Virus record (IMG/VR): IMGVR_UViG_3300041964_000072
Location: 68,739 to 132,738 of that record
Reading direction: 5' to 3' (one strand)
DNA: 64,000 nucleotides
Source: a virus
Of the stretch, positions 1 to 9,269 are shown piece by piece. The notes under the pieces were generated by a model, which worked only from the letters and a program-made list of their open reading frames with translations, searched no databases and was not told where the DNA came from. The position numbers were made by a program, and so were the translations under genes. The stretch's first letter is position 1; every line of letters begins with the position of its first letter.

Positions 1-2
1 GG

Positions 3-1049
3 CTCAAAAGCTTTGAGGAGTTTTTCTGGGCGACTCACCCGAATAACGATAAATCAAAATTCCTTTGGTACAAGGACTATCAAGCCTACCTTAAGTTTCC
101 TAAGACAGATATTCCTTTTTCCTTGGAAGTGTTAAAAGAATTCCTACTTAACACCACTCCAAATACAGTATCGAGAAGGCGACAACTGCGTACCCTCCGA
201 ATGCTTATCGATCATGCTGGGTTATTGCCGAAGTACAAAGACTTCATAGACAGTAACCTGAAAAAAACCAAGGTCAAGGCAAAAGAAAAATACATCCCCT
301 CTCCGGACGAAATTGAGCAAGATATTTTGAGGATTAAGCCAGGACGTAAAGCCCCTAAATACACCCATGAGAATACGATGCGTTGGAAATACGTTCTTGC
401 TTTACAAGCTACTTATGGCTTGCGGATACACGAGTGCTGGAATATAGAAAATCTGTATGCCCCTGCCATGTTTAAGGGGAAAGAGATTCCAGCCCTTAGC
501 GATCCGGAGAATACCAAAAACCTATTAGTAGTAGGAGAAAACACTAAGACAGGATCAAGGCTTGCTATGCCTATATCTCCAGTCGGAAAGGATTGGGTAG
601 TTTTATTTGACCTGAAGAACATAAAACTACCAGAGCTTTCGATTAACCGAGAACATAAAGCCGTAGCCTATGCATCAGCCGTTTCTCAGTTCATGAATCG
701 CCATAATTTCAAATACACATCACATGCTCTGAGACATGCCTGTAACCATACCGCACGCACCCAAGGCATTGGTGTTCATGCCATTTCGTTAAGCCTAGGG
801 CACACCGAGGAGATGAATAGTACTGTATACAAACAGTTTATCCGACCAGAGATGATTATTGATACCTTAGAAAAAGGAGTGGAAGCACAAGTACTTAATG
901 CTTCTATCCCTAAGATTCCCTTGGAGCAAGCATTCTCACAGATTAGCTCCAGATACGCTTCTGACCCTGAGAAGTTTACGATCGCATCTGAGGTTTTGTC
1001 CTTAATCTACGGACTACCTTCTTCTCCCGAAGAGGTGTCAGTTACCTAA
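3..1049 (+). CDS. int: Tyrosine recombinase/integrase (5'-truncated by window edge)
   Basis: Frame is open from base 3. Catalytic motifs: YGLRIHE (R), KTGSR (K), HALRH (HxxR), LGHT, and a Tyr in STVYKQ. Confidence 0.9.
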   Translation, partial: LKSFEEFFWATHPNNDKSKFLWYKDYQAYLKFPKTDIPFSLEVLKEFLLNTTPNTVSRRRQLRTLRMLIDHAGLLPKYKDFIDSNLKKTKVKAKEKYIPSPDEIEQDILRIKPGRKAPKYTHENTMRWKYVLALQATYGLRIHECWNIENLYAPAMFKGKEIPALSDPENTKNLLVVGENTKTGSRLAMPISPVGKDWVVLFDLKNIKLPELSINREHKAVAYASAVSQFMNRHNFKYTSHALRHACNHTARTQGIGVHAISLSLGHTEEMNSTVYKQFIRPEMIIDTLEKGVEAQVLNASIPKIPLEQAFSQISSRYASDPEKFTIASEVLSLIYGLPSSPEEVSVT

Positions 1050-1133
1050 AATAGAATTAAATAAGCCTAGCCTACAGCGATCATCTTGTTCTGGATGATC
1101 GCTTTTCTTTGTACATCTACTAATTTGAAAGCC

Positions 1134-1802
1134 ATGTCCAGCAAAAGAAAACTCACTGGAAGTATTGCCACACCTGATCATGCTTGCCAAAAAGAAATGG
1201 ATCAAGCATTGCTAGAGGAAGGAAATCGTTACTTGAAACTCCTTCCCAGTAGCGTCTACAAGGCGTTTCCCCATGAGCAGCTAGTCATTTGGTGCAATCG
1301 TCACCAACGCTATGGAATCGTCACCACAGAGCTAGTGGACTGGCTCAGGGAGCAGATAGGTGACAGGTCAGTGATAGAAATAGCAGCCGGAAAAGGTGAC
1401 TTATCACATCACCTGAATATACATCCTACCGATGGCTATTCACAGACCACTGAATACGTTAAGGACTGCTACGAATCCTGTGGTCATATCCCCCTAATAC
1501 CTAACCCAGAGGTAGAGCGGCTAGAAGCTGTTCAGGCGATCAAGAAGTACAAGCCCAAGGTAGTGATTGCGAGTTGGCTCACTCAAAGGTATCTATCCGA
1601 TCCACGAACAAATTACTACTACGGAGTTGATGAAACTCAAGTCCGGATATTGAGCATGAAATACATTCACATTGGAAATACAAATGTTCATGGAGGTAAG
1701 ACAGTACTCAGGAAACCTCACAAAAAATACGTGTTTCCTTGGTTGGTCAGTCGAGCAGCAAATCAATCTCAAAACGCAATCTGGGTCTTTTCTAAGATAT
1801 GA
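1134..1802 (+). CDS. Class I SAM-dependent methyltransferase-like protein
   Basis: Motif I-like VIEIAAGKGDL; ATG at 1134 lies within the called ORF. Confidence 0.5.
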   Translation: MSSKRKLTGSIATPDHACQKEMDQALLEEGNRYLKLLPSSVYKAFPHEQLVIWCNRHQRYGIVTTELVDWLREQIGDRSVIEIAAGKGDLSHHLNIHPTDGYSQTTEYVKDCYESCGHIPLIPNPEVERLEAVQAIKKYKPKVVIASWLTQRYLSDPRTNYYYGVDETQVRILSMKYIHIGNTNVHGGKTVLRKPHKKYVFPWLVSRAANQSQNAIWVFSKI

Positions 1803-1828
1803 TATATACCAATATATAGAGGATTGGA

Positions 1829-2131
1829 ATGGCTACTACCGAAAAACTGTACACAATGAATGTACCTCAAAAACTTCTCAAGAGATTTCAGCTACATTGC
1901 AGAAAGTACCATAGTGATGCTGCGACTGTGATACGAAGTTATATGCAGGAAAGAGTTGACGATTCGGATACTCCTATAGTGGCTCACCTTGATATGGTCA
2001 AAACATTCTTTCAAAAAGTAGAGCAAGGGGAGACAGTCAAAATACAAGAAATAGTGGATATCTCTCGAATCCTTGAAATTCAACCGGAAAGCTTAATGGA
2101 TTTAGTAGATAAAGCAGAGGTAAACACCTGA
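1829..2131 (+). CDS. Ribbon-helix-helix (CopG/ParG-like) DNA-binding protein
   Basis: N-terminal YTMNVPQKLLKRFQLHC...AATVIRSYMQERV fits the beta-alpha-alpha pattern. Confidence 0.5.
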   Translation: MATTEKLYTMNVPQKLLKRFQLHCRKYHSDAATVIRSYMQERVDDSDTPIVAHLDMVKTFFQKVEQGETVKIQEIVDISRILEIQPESLMDLVDKAEVNT

Positions 2132-2140
2132 AAATAATAG

Positions 2141-2172
2141 AGAACCGCTTCAAATCAGGAGCGGTTTTCTTC
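2141..2172. terminator. Bidirectional intrinsic terminator
   Basis: AGAACCGCTT-loop-GAGCGGTTTTCT hairpin between convergent genes. Confidence 0.75.
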
Positions 2173-2174
2173 TA

Positions 2175-2792
2175 TTAGCCTTCCATTTCTCTACGGGCTT
2201 TGCGAATCTCATTGAGCATGGATTGTAACTGATTGACCTTGGTTTCGCTCGATGAGTCTTCTCTTTGCTCCTCCTCAAGCTGCTGAATTTCTGCCGCAAT
2301 ACTCTGCACAGATCCATCATCCCCAAGTAAATTGCGTGTCATCGCATTCAACCGAGCGATTGAATCAGTAAGCATTTTAATGTTTTTGGGATCAATTCGC
2401 TGATTACCTGATTCTTCATCATGTTTCGGACTCTTCAACTCCTCTACATACTCATCCAACTGAGCATTTATCAGTTTAAATAATTTATCTGCTGCATCCA
2501 ATGTTGATGAATCAAAACTAGCGCTAGCGGATAAAACATCTCGTAATTCACTGACATCCCGACGCTCTTTAAGTTTTGATTTGACAAGCGCTTTCAGTCG
2601 GCTCCACTTACCTTTCATCGACTGCATTCTTACCGTAACTGGCGAGACATCGTACTTTTCCGCAAGTTCTTTTAATGTCGGAAATGTAGTCTTCCCAGTG
2701 CTTTCGTCTACAACTCCGTGAACGTAGTCATACCGAACTGTGTCCCAATCTTCAACCTTTTTCGTAAAATAATTATTTTTTTCTTCAGCCAT
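2175..2792 (-). CDS. HTH protein, putative terminase small subunit
   Basis: N-terminal HTH PTLKELAEKYDVSPVTVR...KGKW followed by helical/coiled-coil regions, as in many TerS proteins. Confidence 0.45.
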   Translation of the reverse strand: MAEEKNNYFTKKVEDWDTVRYDYVHGVVDESTGKTTFPTLKELAEKYDVSPVTVRMQSMKGKWSRLKALVKSKLKERRDVSELRDVLSASASFDSSTLDAADKLFKLINAQLDEYVEELKSPKHDEESGNQRIDPKNIKMLTDSIARLNAMTRNLLGDDGSVQSIAAEIQQLEEEQREDSSSETKVNQLQSMLNEIRKARREMEG

Positions 2793-2998
2793 AATTGATT
2801 GAGAATTGAGCTTTTTGTTGCAGCAAGTTCAATCATTTATGCCTGTCATGTCTTCTCTTAAGTCTATCGAAAACGTGTCAAGAATGTCTCGCTAAATGTC
2901 TAATTAAAGGTCTAATTAGCGTTTAAAAAACTGTTGAAAAAACTTTTGTTTCACTGGTGAAAGTACTAGCCTGGTCGATGCCCATACATATGTACTAC

Positions 2999-3027
2999 TT
3001 GACAATCCAGGGTAACCGTGGTATTTC
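2999..3027 (+). promoter_or_regulatory. Sigma70-type promoter P1
   Basis: TTGACA-17 nt-TATTTC with TG at the extended -10 position. Confidence 0.5.
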
Positions 3028-3144
3028 AAATAGTCTTTACTTATGAATAGAACTGCAATCTATCAGGTATTCAGGATATATAAAATACTTATGAATCAGT
3101 AGTAAAATCACTCAAACGCATACACCACAAGGATTGTAGGATGT

Positions 3145-3173
3145 TTGCATATATTCGTATATATGGTTAGAGT
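3145..3173 (+). promoter_or_regulatory. Sigma70-type promoter P2
   Basis: TTGCAT-17 nt-TAGAGT. Confidence 0.55.
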
Positions 3174-3312
3174 ATGGATTCCTTGATTCATTCGGGGGGT
3201 TGCGACAGAGCAAATCAAAACACGTCACATTAACGCACAACACAGATTACGTCATAACGACACGGGTGGTTGTGAGCGTACAGACTCCTATGGGAATTTG
3301 CCGATCTGTGTA

Positions 3313-3332
3313 GAACTTTGAAAACTCAATAG
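3313..3332 (+). promoter_or_regulatory. boxA-like antitermination element
   Basis: GAACTTTGAAAACTCAATAG resembles cyanobacterial rrn boxA (GAACCTTGAAAA) and follows a boxB-like hairpin ACAGA...TCTGT. Confidence 0.65.
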
Positions 3333-3750
3333 CTGTATTTAGATGTGTTGTGTCTCGATTGTGAGCAATAGAAACGTCGTGAGATGTCTCTAACGCTTGA
3401 GAAGCGTATAACGTCTACCTGGAAACTGGTGTCAGGAATGTCTGTAACTGTCGGGCTATGGAGCCACAAGATAGCGAGTGATCTTGGAGATAGATACAGA
3501 TAGCCCGGATAGGAATCCCACCAATAGACAGGTATCTAGGACGTTTAAAGCCAACGGCTGTAGGAAAGCAATCTAGTTAATAGATTGTCTGGATACATAC
3601 GCCACGATGGGATCTGCACTGACTTGTAACAGCAAATTCTCTATTAACAGAGTCGAGCAAGTGCGATCGCTATGTTTAGCGGTCTATCGGGTGCAATACC
3701 CGGATCGGCTATGTGGCAGTCTTGCCGCAATCATCCACCACATAAGAGAG
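3333..3750 (+). ncRNA. Large structured leader/ncRNA (unassigned)
   Basis: Nested stems: AACGTC/GACGTT, ACCTG/CAGGT, TGTCTGT/ATAGACA, CGGGCTAT/ATAGCCCG, CAAGAT/ATCTTG, GCAATCTA/TAGATTGT, GATCGCTA/TAGCGGTC, CGGGT/ACCCG, TATGTGG/CCACATA. Confidence 0.65.
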
Positions 3751-3760
3751 TCAAAACAAA

Positions 3761-4786
3761 ATGACCGTAGCAACAAACGGAAACGGAAACGGAACGATCA
3801 ACGCTAACGATTCACAGACAACAGAGGTTAAACAACTAGAAATGATTACTACAGCAACAGACGATAACGCGATCGCATCAACCGAGACTGAAGCGAATAC
3901 ATCACAGCAAGCAAACAAGCCTAGTCAAGTTAATACCGACTTCGGAGTGTTTGAGATTGTCTATTACAGCCCTAAGCGTTGGCACTGGTATCACACCGAT
4001 CGACCCAATTCGATACAGATTGCAACAAGCAAAAAAGGTTGCCAGCAAGCCATTAAAAAAGCAGTTCAAACAATGAAAGATATGTTAGCCAAGCAAGCAA
4101 TCATTGATACCCCTGAAACGTCCACAGCAAGCGATCGCAGTGATGACGGTCTAACTGCTTTACATGAGAACAAATTCATCCTGGATAGCAAGCTAGGTAC
4201 TGTGGTGATTGAAAAAGTAGGTGATCAAACCTGGATCTGGTATCTGCAAGTTAAAGGCATCAAATCAGCCAAGATCGAACTGTCCAAAGATAGCTGCATT
4301 AAGGCAATTGAAGCGTTCACATCACAAACAACTCAAGCCAGTGTATCGAGTGCAGATAAGAGCGCTTTAGCGTATGCCAAGACAACGATCCGTAAGGTTA
4401 CTAACGATGAACTATTCAACCTACCAGGCGATCGCTTGATTATGGACGCTACCGCAAAAGGAAGCCGTATCTACGCGATCGGTACTACAACACAGTATGA
4501 AAATGTGACAACGATCAAAGGTGATCTCTATTTCATGGTGTCTAGCAATAAGACGGCATACCTAGGAAGCATTACAGATGAAACTGTGAACATCGATCCC
4601 GGCGCTTATGAGTACCTAAACACCATGAAAGTGTTACCTGAGTCTATGAAAGCTCTACAAGCCAAGATACAGAATGCATGGTGTAAGAAAACTGTTATTA
4701 GTCGCTTCCTAGCGTCACAAAAGGCTAAGGAAAGCAAGGATATGGAATTGCAGCAAGCCAGAATGCAAGCGATCCAAGACTGGTAA
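3761..4786 (+). CDS. First early protein, hypothetical, with an internal domain duplication
   Basis: Two copies of G..I...W.WY...I..SK..C..AI; HIP1-rich. Confidence 0.7.
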   Translation: MTVATNGNGNGTINANDSQTTEVKQLEMITTATDDNAIASTETEANTSQQANKPSQVNTDFGVFEIVYYSPKRWHWYHTDRPNSIQIATSKKGCQQAIKKAVQTMKDMLAKQAIIDTPETSTASDRSDDGLTALHENKFILDSKLGTVVIEKVGDQTWIWYLQVKGIKSAKIELSKDSCIKAIEAFTSQTTQASVSSADKSALAYAKTTIRKVTNDELFNLPGDRLIMDATAKGSRIYAIGTTTQYENVTTIKGDLYFMVSSNKTAYLGSITDETVNIDPGAYEYLNTMKVLPESMKALQAKIQNAWCKKTVISRFLASQKAKESKDMELQQARMQAIQDW

Positions 4787-4808
4787 ACATCCGATATACA
4801 GCAGTTCA

Positions 4809-4843
4809 TAGGCTAGGGAGTGCGATCGCTTCCTAGCCTTTTA
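4809..4843 (+). terminator. Intrinsic terminator with HIP1 in its loop
   Basis: AGGCTAGGGA-GTGCGATCGC-TTCCTAGCCT followed by TTT. Confidence 0.75.
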
Positions 4844-4869
4844 TTAGTCCCTACAGTGAGGTTTTTACA

Positions 4870-5478
4870 GTGACCAGAACAAGACAATCTGAATACAAAA
4901 AACTTAAACAGTTCAGTGATTATGGACGTTATTACACTGACACTTCCCTGTCTAAGGATGTAAAGAAAGTCAGGGAAGAGAAAATTGTCGGCAATGAACC
5001 GTTACAAGGCAAGAGTCACCACGTTAAGCGTAAGTCAACGGAGGAAGGCATACACAGCCAATACAGGCTAGAGATATCTGATAACTGGGTGCTAATCACT
5101 ATCACACCTACGATCAAAGCTCTTAAAGGTGTTAAGACAGTAACTAAGACGGCAAAGGTTAGTAAGGTAAAGACTCACAGAATAGGCAGAGTTAACAAAT
5201 ATGGAAAATTTTGGGAGTTGCCTACCTTAGACAAAATTGCCAAGCTAGTACAGCAAAAGCCAAAAGTACTTATTGAGCAATGTCAAGACGTTGTTAAACA
5301 GTTCTACCAGTCTAGAGAGATCCCGCAATACACCACGAAAGAAGTGTTAGAAAAAATAGGCGATCGCTATCAGACGGCTATCGTCACTCACAAGGTAGAG
5401 GTGCCAGAGGTGCCATATAAACCGACATACAAAACACTGAAAACAGCGGATACCACGGTTAAACTCAGAACCGTCTAA
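4870..5478 (+). CDS. Basic hypothetical protein
   Basis: 202 aa ORF rich in Lys/Thr, bounded by terminators. Confidence 0.65.
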   Translation: MTRTRQSEYKKLKQFSDYGRYYTDTSLSKDVKKVREEKIVGNEPLQGKSHHVKRKSTEEGIHSQYRLEISDNWVLITITPTIKALKGVKTVTKTAKVSKVKTHRIGRVNKYGKFWELPTLDKIAKLVQQKPKVLIEQCQDVVKQFYQSREIPQYTTKEVLEKIGDRYQTAIVTHKVEVPEVPYKPTYKTLKTADTTVKLRTV

Positions 5479-5496
5479 CCTACCCTAAAAGCTCTA

Positions 5497-5601
5497 TCCT
5501 CCCTAGTCCCTTGGCTAGGGAGTTTTTTTGTGTCTGTACATCCTGCTATCCTCATCCCCGCAAGTTTTCCCCTAGTCCACCACGGCTAGGGGATTTTTTT
5601 T
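5497..5601 (+). terminator. Two tandem related terminators
   Basis: CTCCCTAGTC...GGCTAGGGAG-T7 and TCCCCTAGTC...GGCTAGGGGA-T8. Confidence 0.8.
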
Positions 5602-5611
5602 GCTATTTGAT

Positions 5612-5645
5612 TCGGTTTACCGATGTATAGTATTCGGTTAACCGT
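5612..5645. promoter_or_regulatory. Pair of palindromic operator-like sites
   Basis: TCGGTTTACCGA (5612) and TCGGTTAACCGT (5634), 22 bp apart, flanking TATAGT. Confidence 0.5.
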
Positions 5646-5674
5646 ACAAGCTAATTTTTTTTTTAGGGTTTCCT

Positions 5675-8600
5675 ATGCAATCCAAGACTAAACGATTTAT
5701 CGCGTATCTTTCCGATGGCTCCAGGATCATCCTATCTGGCAATGACATTCAGGATGCCTGGAACAGTGTTGAGATGATTTTTTTTGAGCGGTGCGATCGC
5801 ATCACCTCTATTTTGTGTATTCGCTAATAGGAGATAAGACCATGACAACTTTTATCGCAGATCAGATCCCTACTCAAGACGAGTTCAAAGCGCTTGCTGA
5901 GGGCTACTACATCCAGACGGTAGAGCGGAAAGACAAAATGATGTGGTTTTCTTCGGCATACCAAATCAATCTCTTCCTTCTACCCTACTTTTTGCAGTAC
6001 ATCACATCCCAAGGTAAGCAGTTCAAAATCACACACAACAACCAACAAATTGCAGTAGAGATTTTATAACCATGAAAACGGTTACATTCAGGGAGCTTGC
6101 AGAATTTTCCTATGCCCTCAAGCCAGATTTTGAGGGCTACCTATCTTCTCTGGGGATTCCCTCAGAGGGCTACATACGAACGTGGATCGAGTGGAAATTG
6201 CTGAGGCGTATCTTTCCAGGGGTACGATATAGCAACGGCTCCATAGGGTTCGTAGATGCCTGTGGTGACAGGTATGCGATCGCTGTGGAGGTGCGTGTAT
6301 TTGAAGCCAAGCGGTATATCTCCAGATCCTCTATGAGGCGTATCCTGGAGATATCCGGACTCATAAAGTAGATTGAATGCACATTATTTTTAGACCATCA
6401 AAAGGGAAGATATATCTGTATCTGTCCAAACGAGAGATCTCAGAAATCTCTTCCCAAGCGTCTGAACACGACACAGTTTTTGTGTCTTCATCCGAGCTGG
6501 GGTATCAGGTATACAAACAGCTCGACTTAATTTTTCATGACCGTGCGGAAATGGAAAGAATGATTGTAGTAGAAACAGACGAGTTCCCAGGATAAATAAA
6601 TGAACATCACAGTAAAAGCAATCAAACGAAACAGTACGAGCATTTCTCTACAGGTATTTTGTGAGGACAAGCTACTAGGTGCGATCGCAGTCATGGACAA
6701 GGGATTTCAGGTAAATGCTACCGAAAATCGGATGCATGATCGACCAGAATTCCCCCATGCAGCAGATGCGATCGCGTGCTTGCTCCAGAGAAAGAAATCA
6801 TTGATCGACGGCATTGTGCGGCGAATGGAGGAGGAAGAACGATACAAGATGCCTGAAGTGCATCCCCTTGTTATTGCTGTATATCAACGCTATTACCCAC
6901 ATAAGCCAGTGGTATTAAGGAGATATGACGACCTGTACTTAACCGACGATGATTTACTTCCTTGGTGGAAGGATAACAATGATCACTGGTTTTCCTCGGA
7001 TTCCTCTGCGCCTAGAATCCCTTGGAGTTTTGTAGGTCTAGCCTGTATGTTGCCTTCTCATGAGGCAGAGCTGCAAGCTAGGCAAGACATCCCCGTAGAG
7101 ATTGTTATCGACTGATAGGATGACCCTACACGCGATCGCTATAGCGGGAAGCTGCTCATCAAATGGGTGCGATCGCATTGAGAGGATTTTGTTATTCACC
7201 TCTCTTTTTGAACAGATGACAAAACATTCAGACTTACTACCAGGCTTGCTCGAAGATAAAAATTTGTTTCAGCAATGGTTAGCACAACAACCAGCAGAAA
7301 CAGTAGTAGGAGAAACCTGTAGCGGATATAACTGCCCCATTGCAAAATATCTAAATCAGCATGGGGTTGAAAAAGTAGATGTTGCAAGTGACTGCATTAT
7401 TTACCCTGACCCGGATCGATTGGAATATGTATTACCCGAATGGGTAAAAGAGTTCATCGCTCAATGTGACGCGATAGATTCCAGGAACATCGTTCCCGTA
7501 ACTGCGAGTGAAGCGATCGCTATCCTGGAGAGCGAGACTCTTATGAACGTCTACAGTGCAACTTAGACCGCTATAAGAAAACAATGAAAAGTGAGGAAGA
7601 TTAAAATGCGTAAAAGTAAAGTGCAACATTTCGCTCTTGTACAGCACACGGCATACACACGTAATAGTGATCTCAGGTTCAGTGAGGCTGTAGAGGTAGG
7701 AGCAGTTTGTCTGGATGAAGATCAACTCAGAACATTACGCGATCGCAAGGTGTTTGTCACCAAGAGTTATAAGGAGTGTGATGAGGAAGCCGTAAAAGAA
7801 AACTACCCAGATCCTAAAAGTATTTCTTGGTATCCAAAGGCTCTTGGGAACTTTACCCGGATCAAGGGGTTTGGTGACACTATGTTTTACATACCTCCAA
7901 ACTCTCACACAGAAGATCGCCCAAATCCTATAGCCATTTTCTACGCAGACGGAAAGCTGCTATTCAGTGACAAGGATTCTGAGGGTAAACCCCTCTCCCT
8001 TGCTACCTATGATGATTACATGAGATGCGATCGCACAAAAATCAACATCTGTGAAGATTTTTCTCCTAATGACATCATCCAGCTAGAGGAAGGGCTGTTT
8101 ATCCTTGATGATGAAGTCTTTCCAATCACCTTTTGTCAAATTTCATAACCTCTTCAATACAGCAATGCCGTCCTAGATTTTCCTAAGACGGCTGCTCGTG
8201 ATTTTGGATGGAAAGATACGGAAAAAGAAGCGTAGGAGGCAACATGAGCGGTAATGAATGGAAGAAATTTTCTAGGACAGCTTCCGATCCTACTGGAAGC
8301 ATCTCTGCTGTGATGACCGCTGATCAACTCATCCAGCAACATCCAGAGCTGAAATCTCTCATAGAATCTCTTCAACAAGAAGAGAGCTTCGAGATGAAGT
8401 ACTCCAAGGCAGATCCCATCGTTATCGAAATCAAGTCCCTTTGGGAAATCTGGTAGATGCGATCGCACGATGCTGCTCCCACGGTGTTAGAGAGGGAATC
8501 AATCAAGTAAGGAGTATTTATGACATCAGAGCAGCGTCAAGAAATGATAGACAGAATGACGGCACAAGATATCAAAATCATACTAGGATGGGTATCCGAA

Positions 8601-9190
8601 AATGATTATGAATTTCTTGTAACCGTACTGCAAGGAGAAGGTTTTAAGCCGTATAATCAACTATCGGATGATCAAGTCAAACAAGAATATGATGGTCGAG
8701 AAGGTTTGCATGACATTGATGTAGAAAGTATATACCAGAAAATCAAGTCATAGAAGTCGAGTCATTGAGAAATAACCCGTATCTTATAGGTGCGGGTTTT
8801 GTTGTAAATAAGGAGATCTCGATGGAAGAATACTCGAAAGAATTGCACGGAAAAAGCTTACTGAACTCTCTAGGCACTCCAGAAGGAACTTATACCGGAG
8901 AATACTACCTAGAAGCGGGTATTTACTGGTATAAGGTAGAGGACAATAACGGTAATATGTTCGAGACAGAGGAGTGTCCTTTAATCCTTCACAAGCCTTT
9001 GTTAGATTCAATACCTCCCTACGAAAGAGATGATAGCAAGGAAGATATTACTTTTTTGATTCCGCCCACAATGTCGGGATGGCATGAGAGAGATGATAAG
9101 AAGATTGTCTATGTATGTGTCGATAAGGCGGGAGGATGGTATACCAAATTTGTGGTAGATAGTTGGAGTAAAACATGGTACATACCCTAG
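5675..9190 (+). other. Cluster of about 10 small hypothetical early ORFs (5841-6069, 6072-6371, 6377-6595, 6600-7115, 7102-7566, 7591-8148, 8208-8456, 8520-8753, 8765-9190)
   Basis: Tightly packed co-oriented ORFs, many with GGAG-type RBS. Confidence 0.75.
7102..7566 (+). CDS. Hypothetical protein, paralogue of 18857-19465
   Basis: Shared pattern W..VG...CPI..Y...PEW...D. Confidence 0.6.
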   Translation: MLSTDRMTLHAIAIAGSCSSNGCDRIERILLFTSLFEQMTKHSDLLPGLLEDKNLFQQWLAQQPAETVVGETCSGYNCPIAKYLNQHGVEKVDVASDCIIYPDPDRLEYVLPEWVKEFIAQCDAIDSRNIVPVTASEAIAILESETLMNVYSAT

Positions 9191-9269
9191 GAAAAACAAT
9201 GATCAGAGTAGTTAACTTATCCACAAAGGAGGAGAAGTATTACGATCTTCCTCCTGAGAAGGAGAAGTC

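Noticed and set aside
3500-3525. GAATCCCACCA resembling a tRNA/tmRNA 3' end
   Set aside because: No TPsiC GTTCRA arm and no matching acceptor stem; no tRNA genes identified in the window.
5607-5617. TTGAT followed by TCGGTT, matching the first 6 nt of guide 2
   Set aside because: Only 6 nt match after a TAM-like motif; expected by chance across five guides in 128 kb of both strands.
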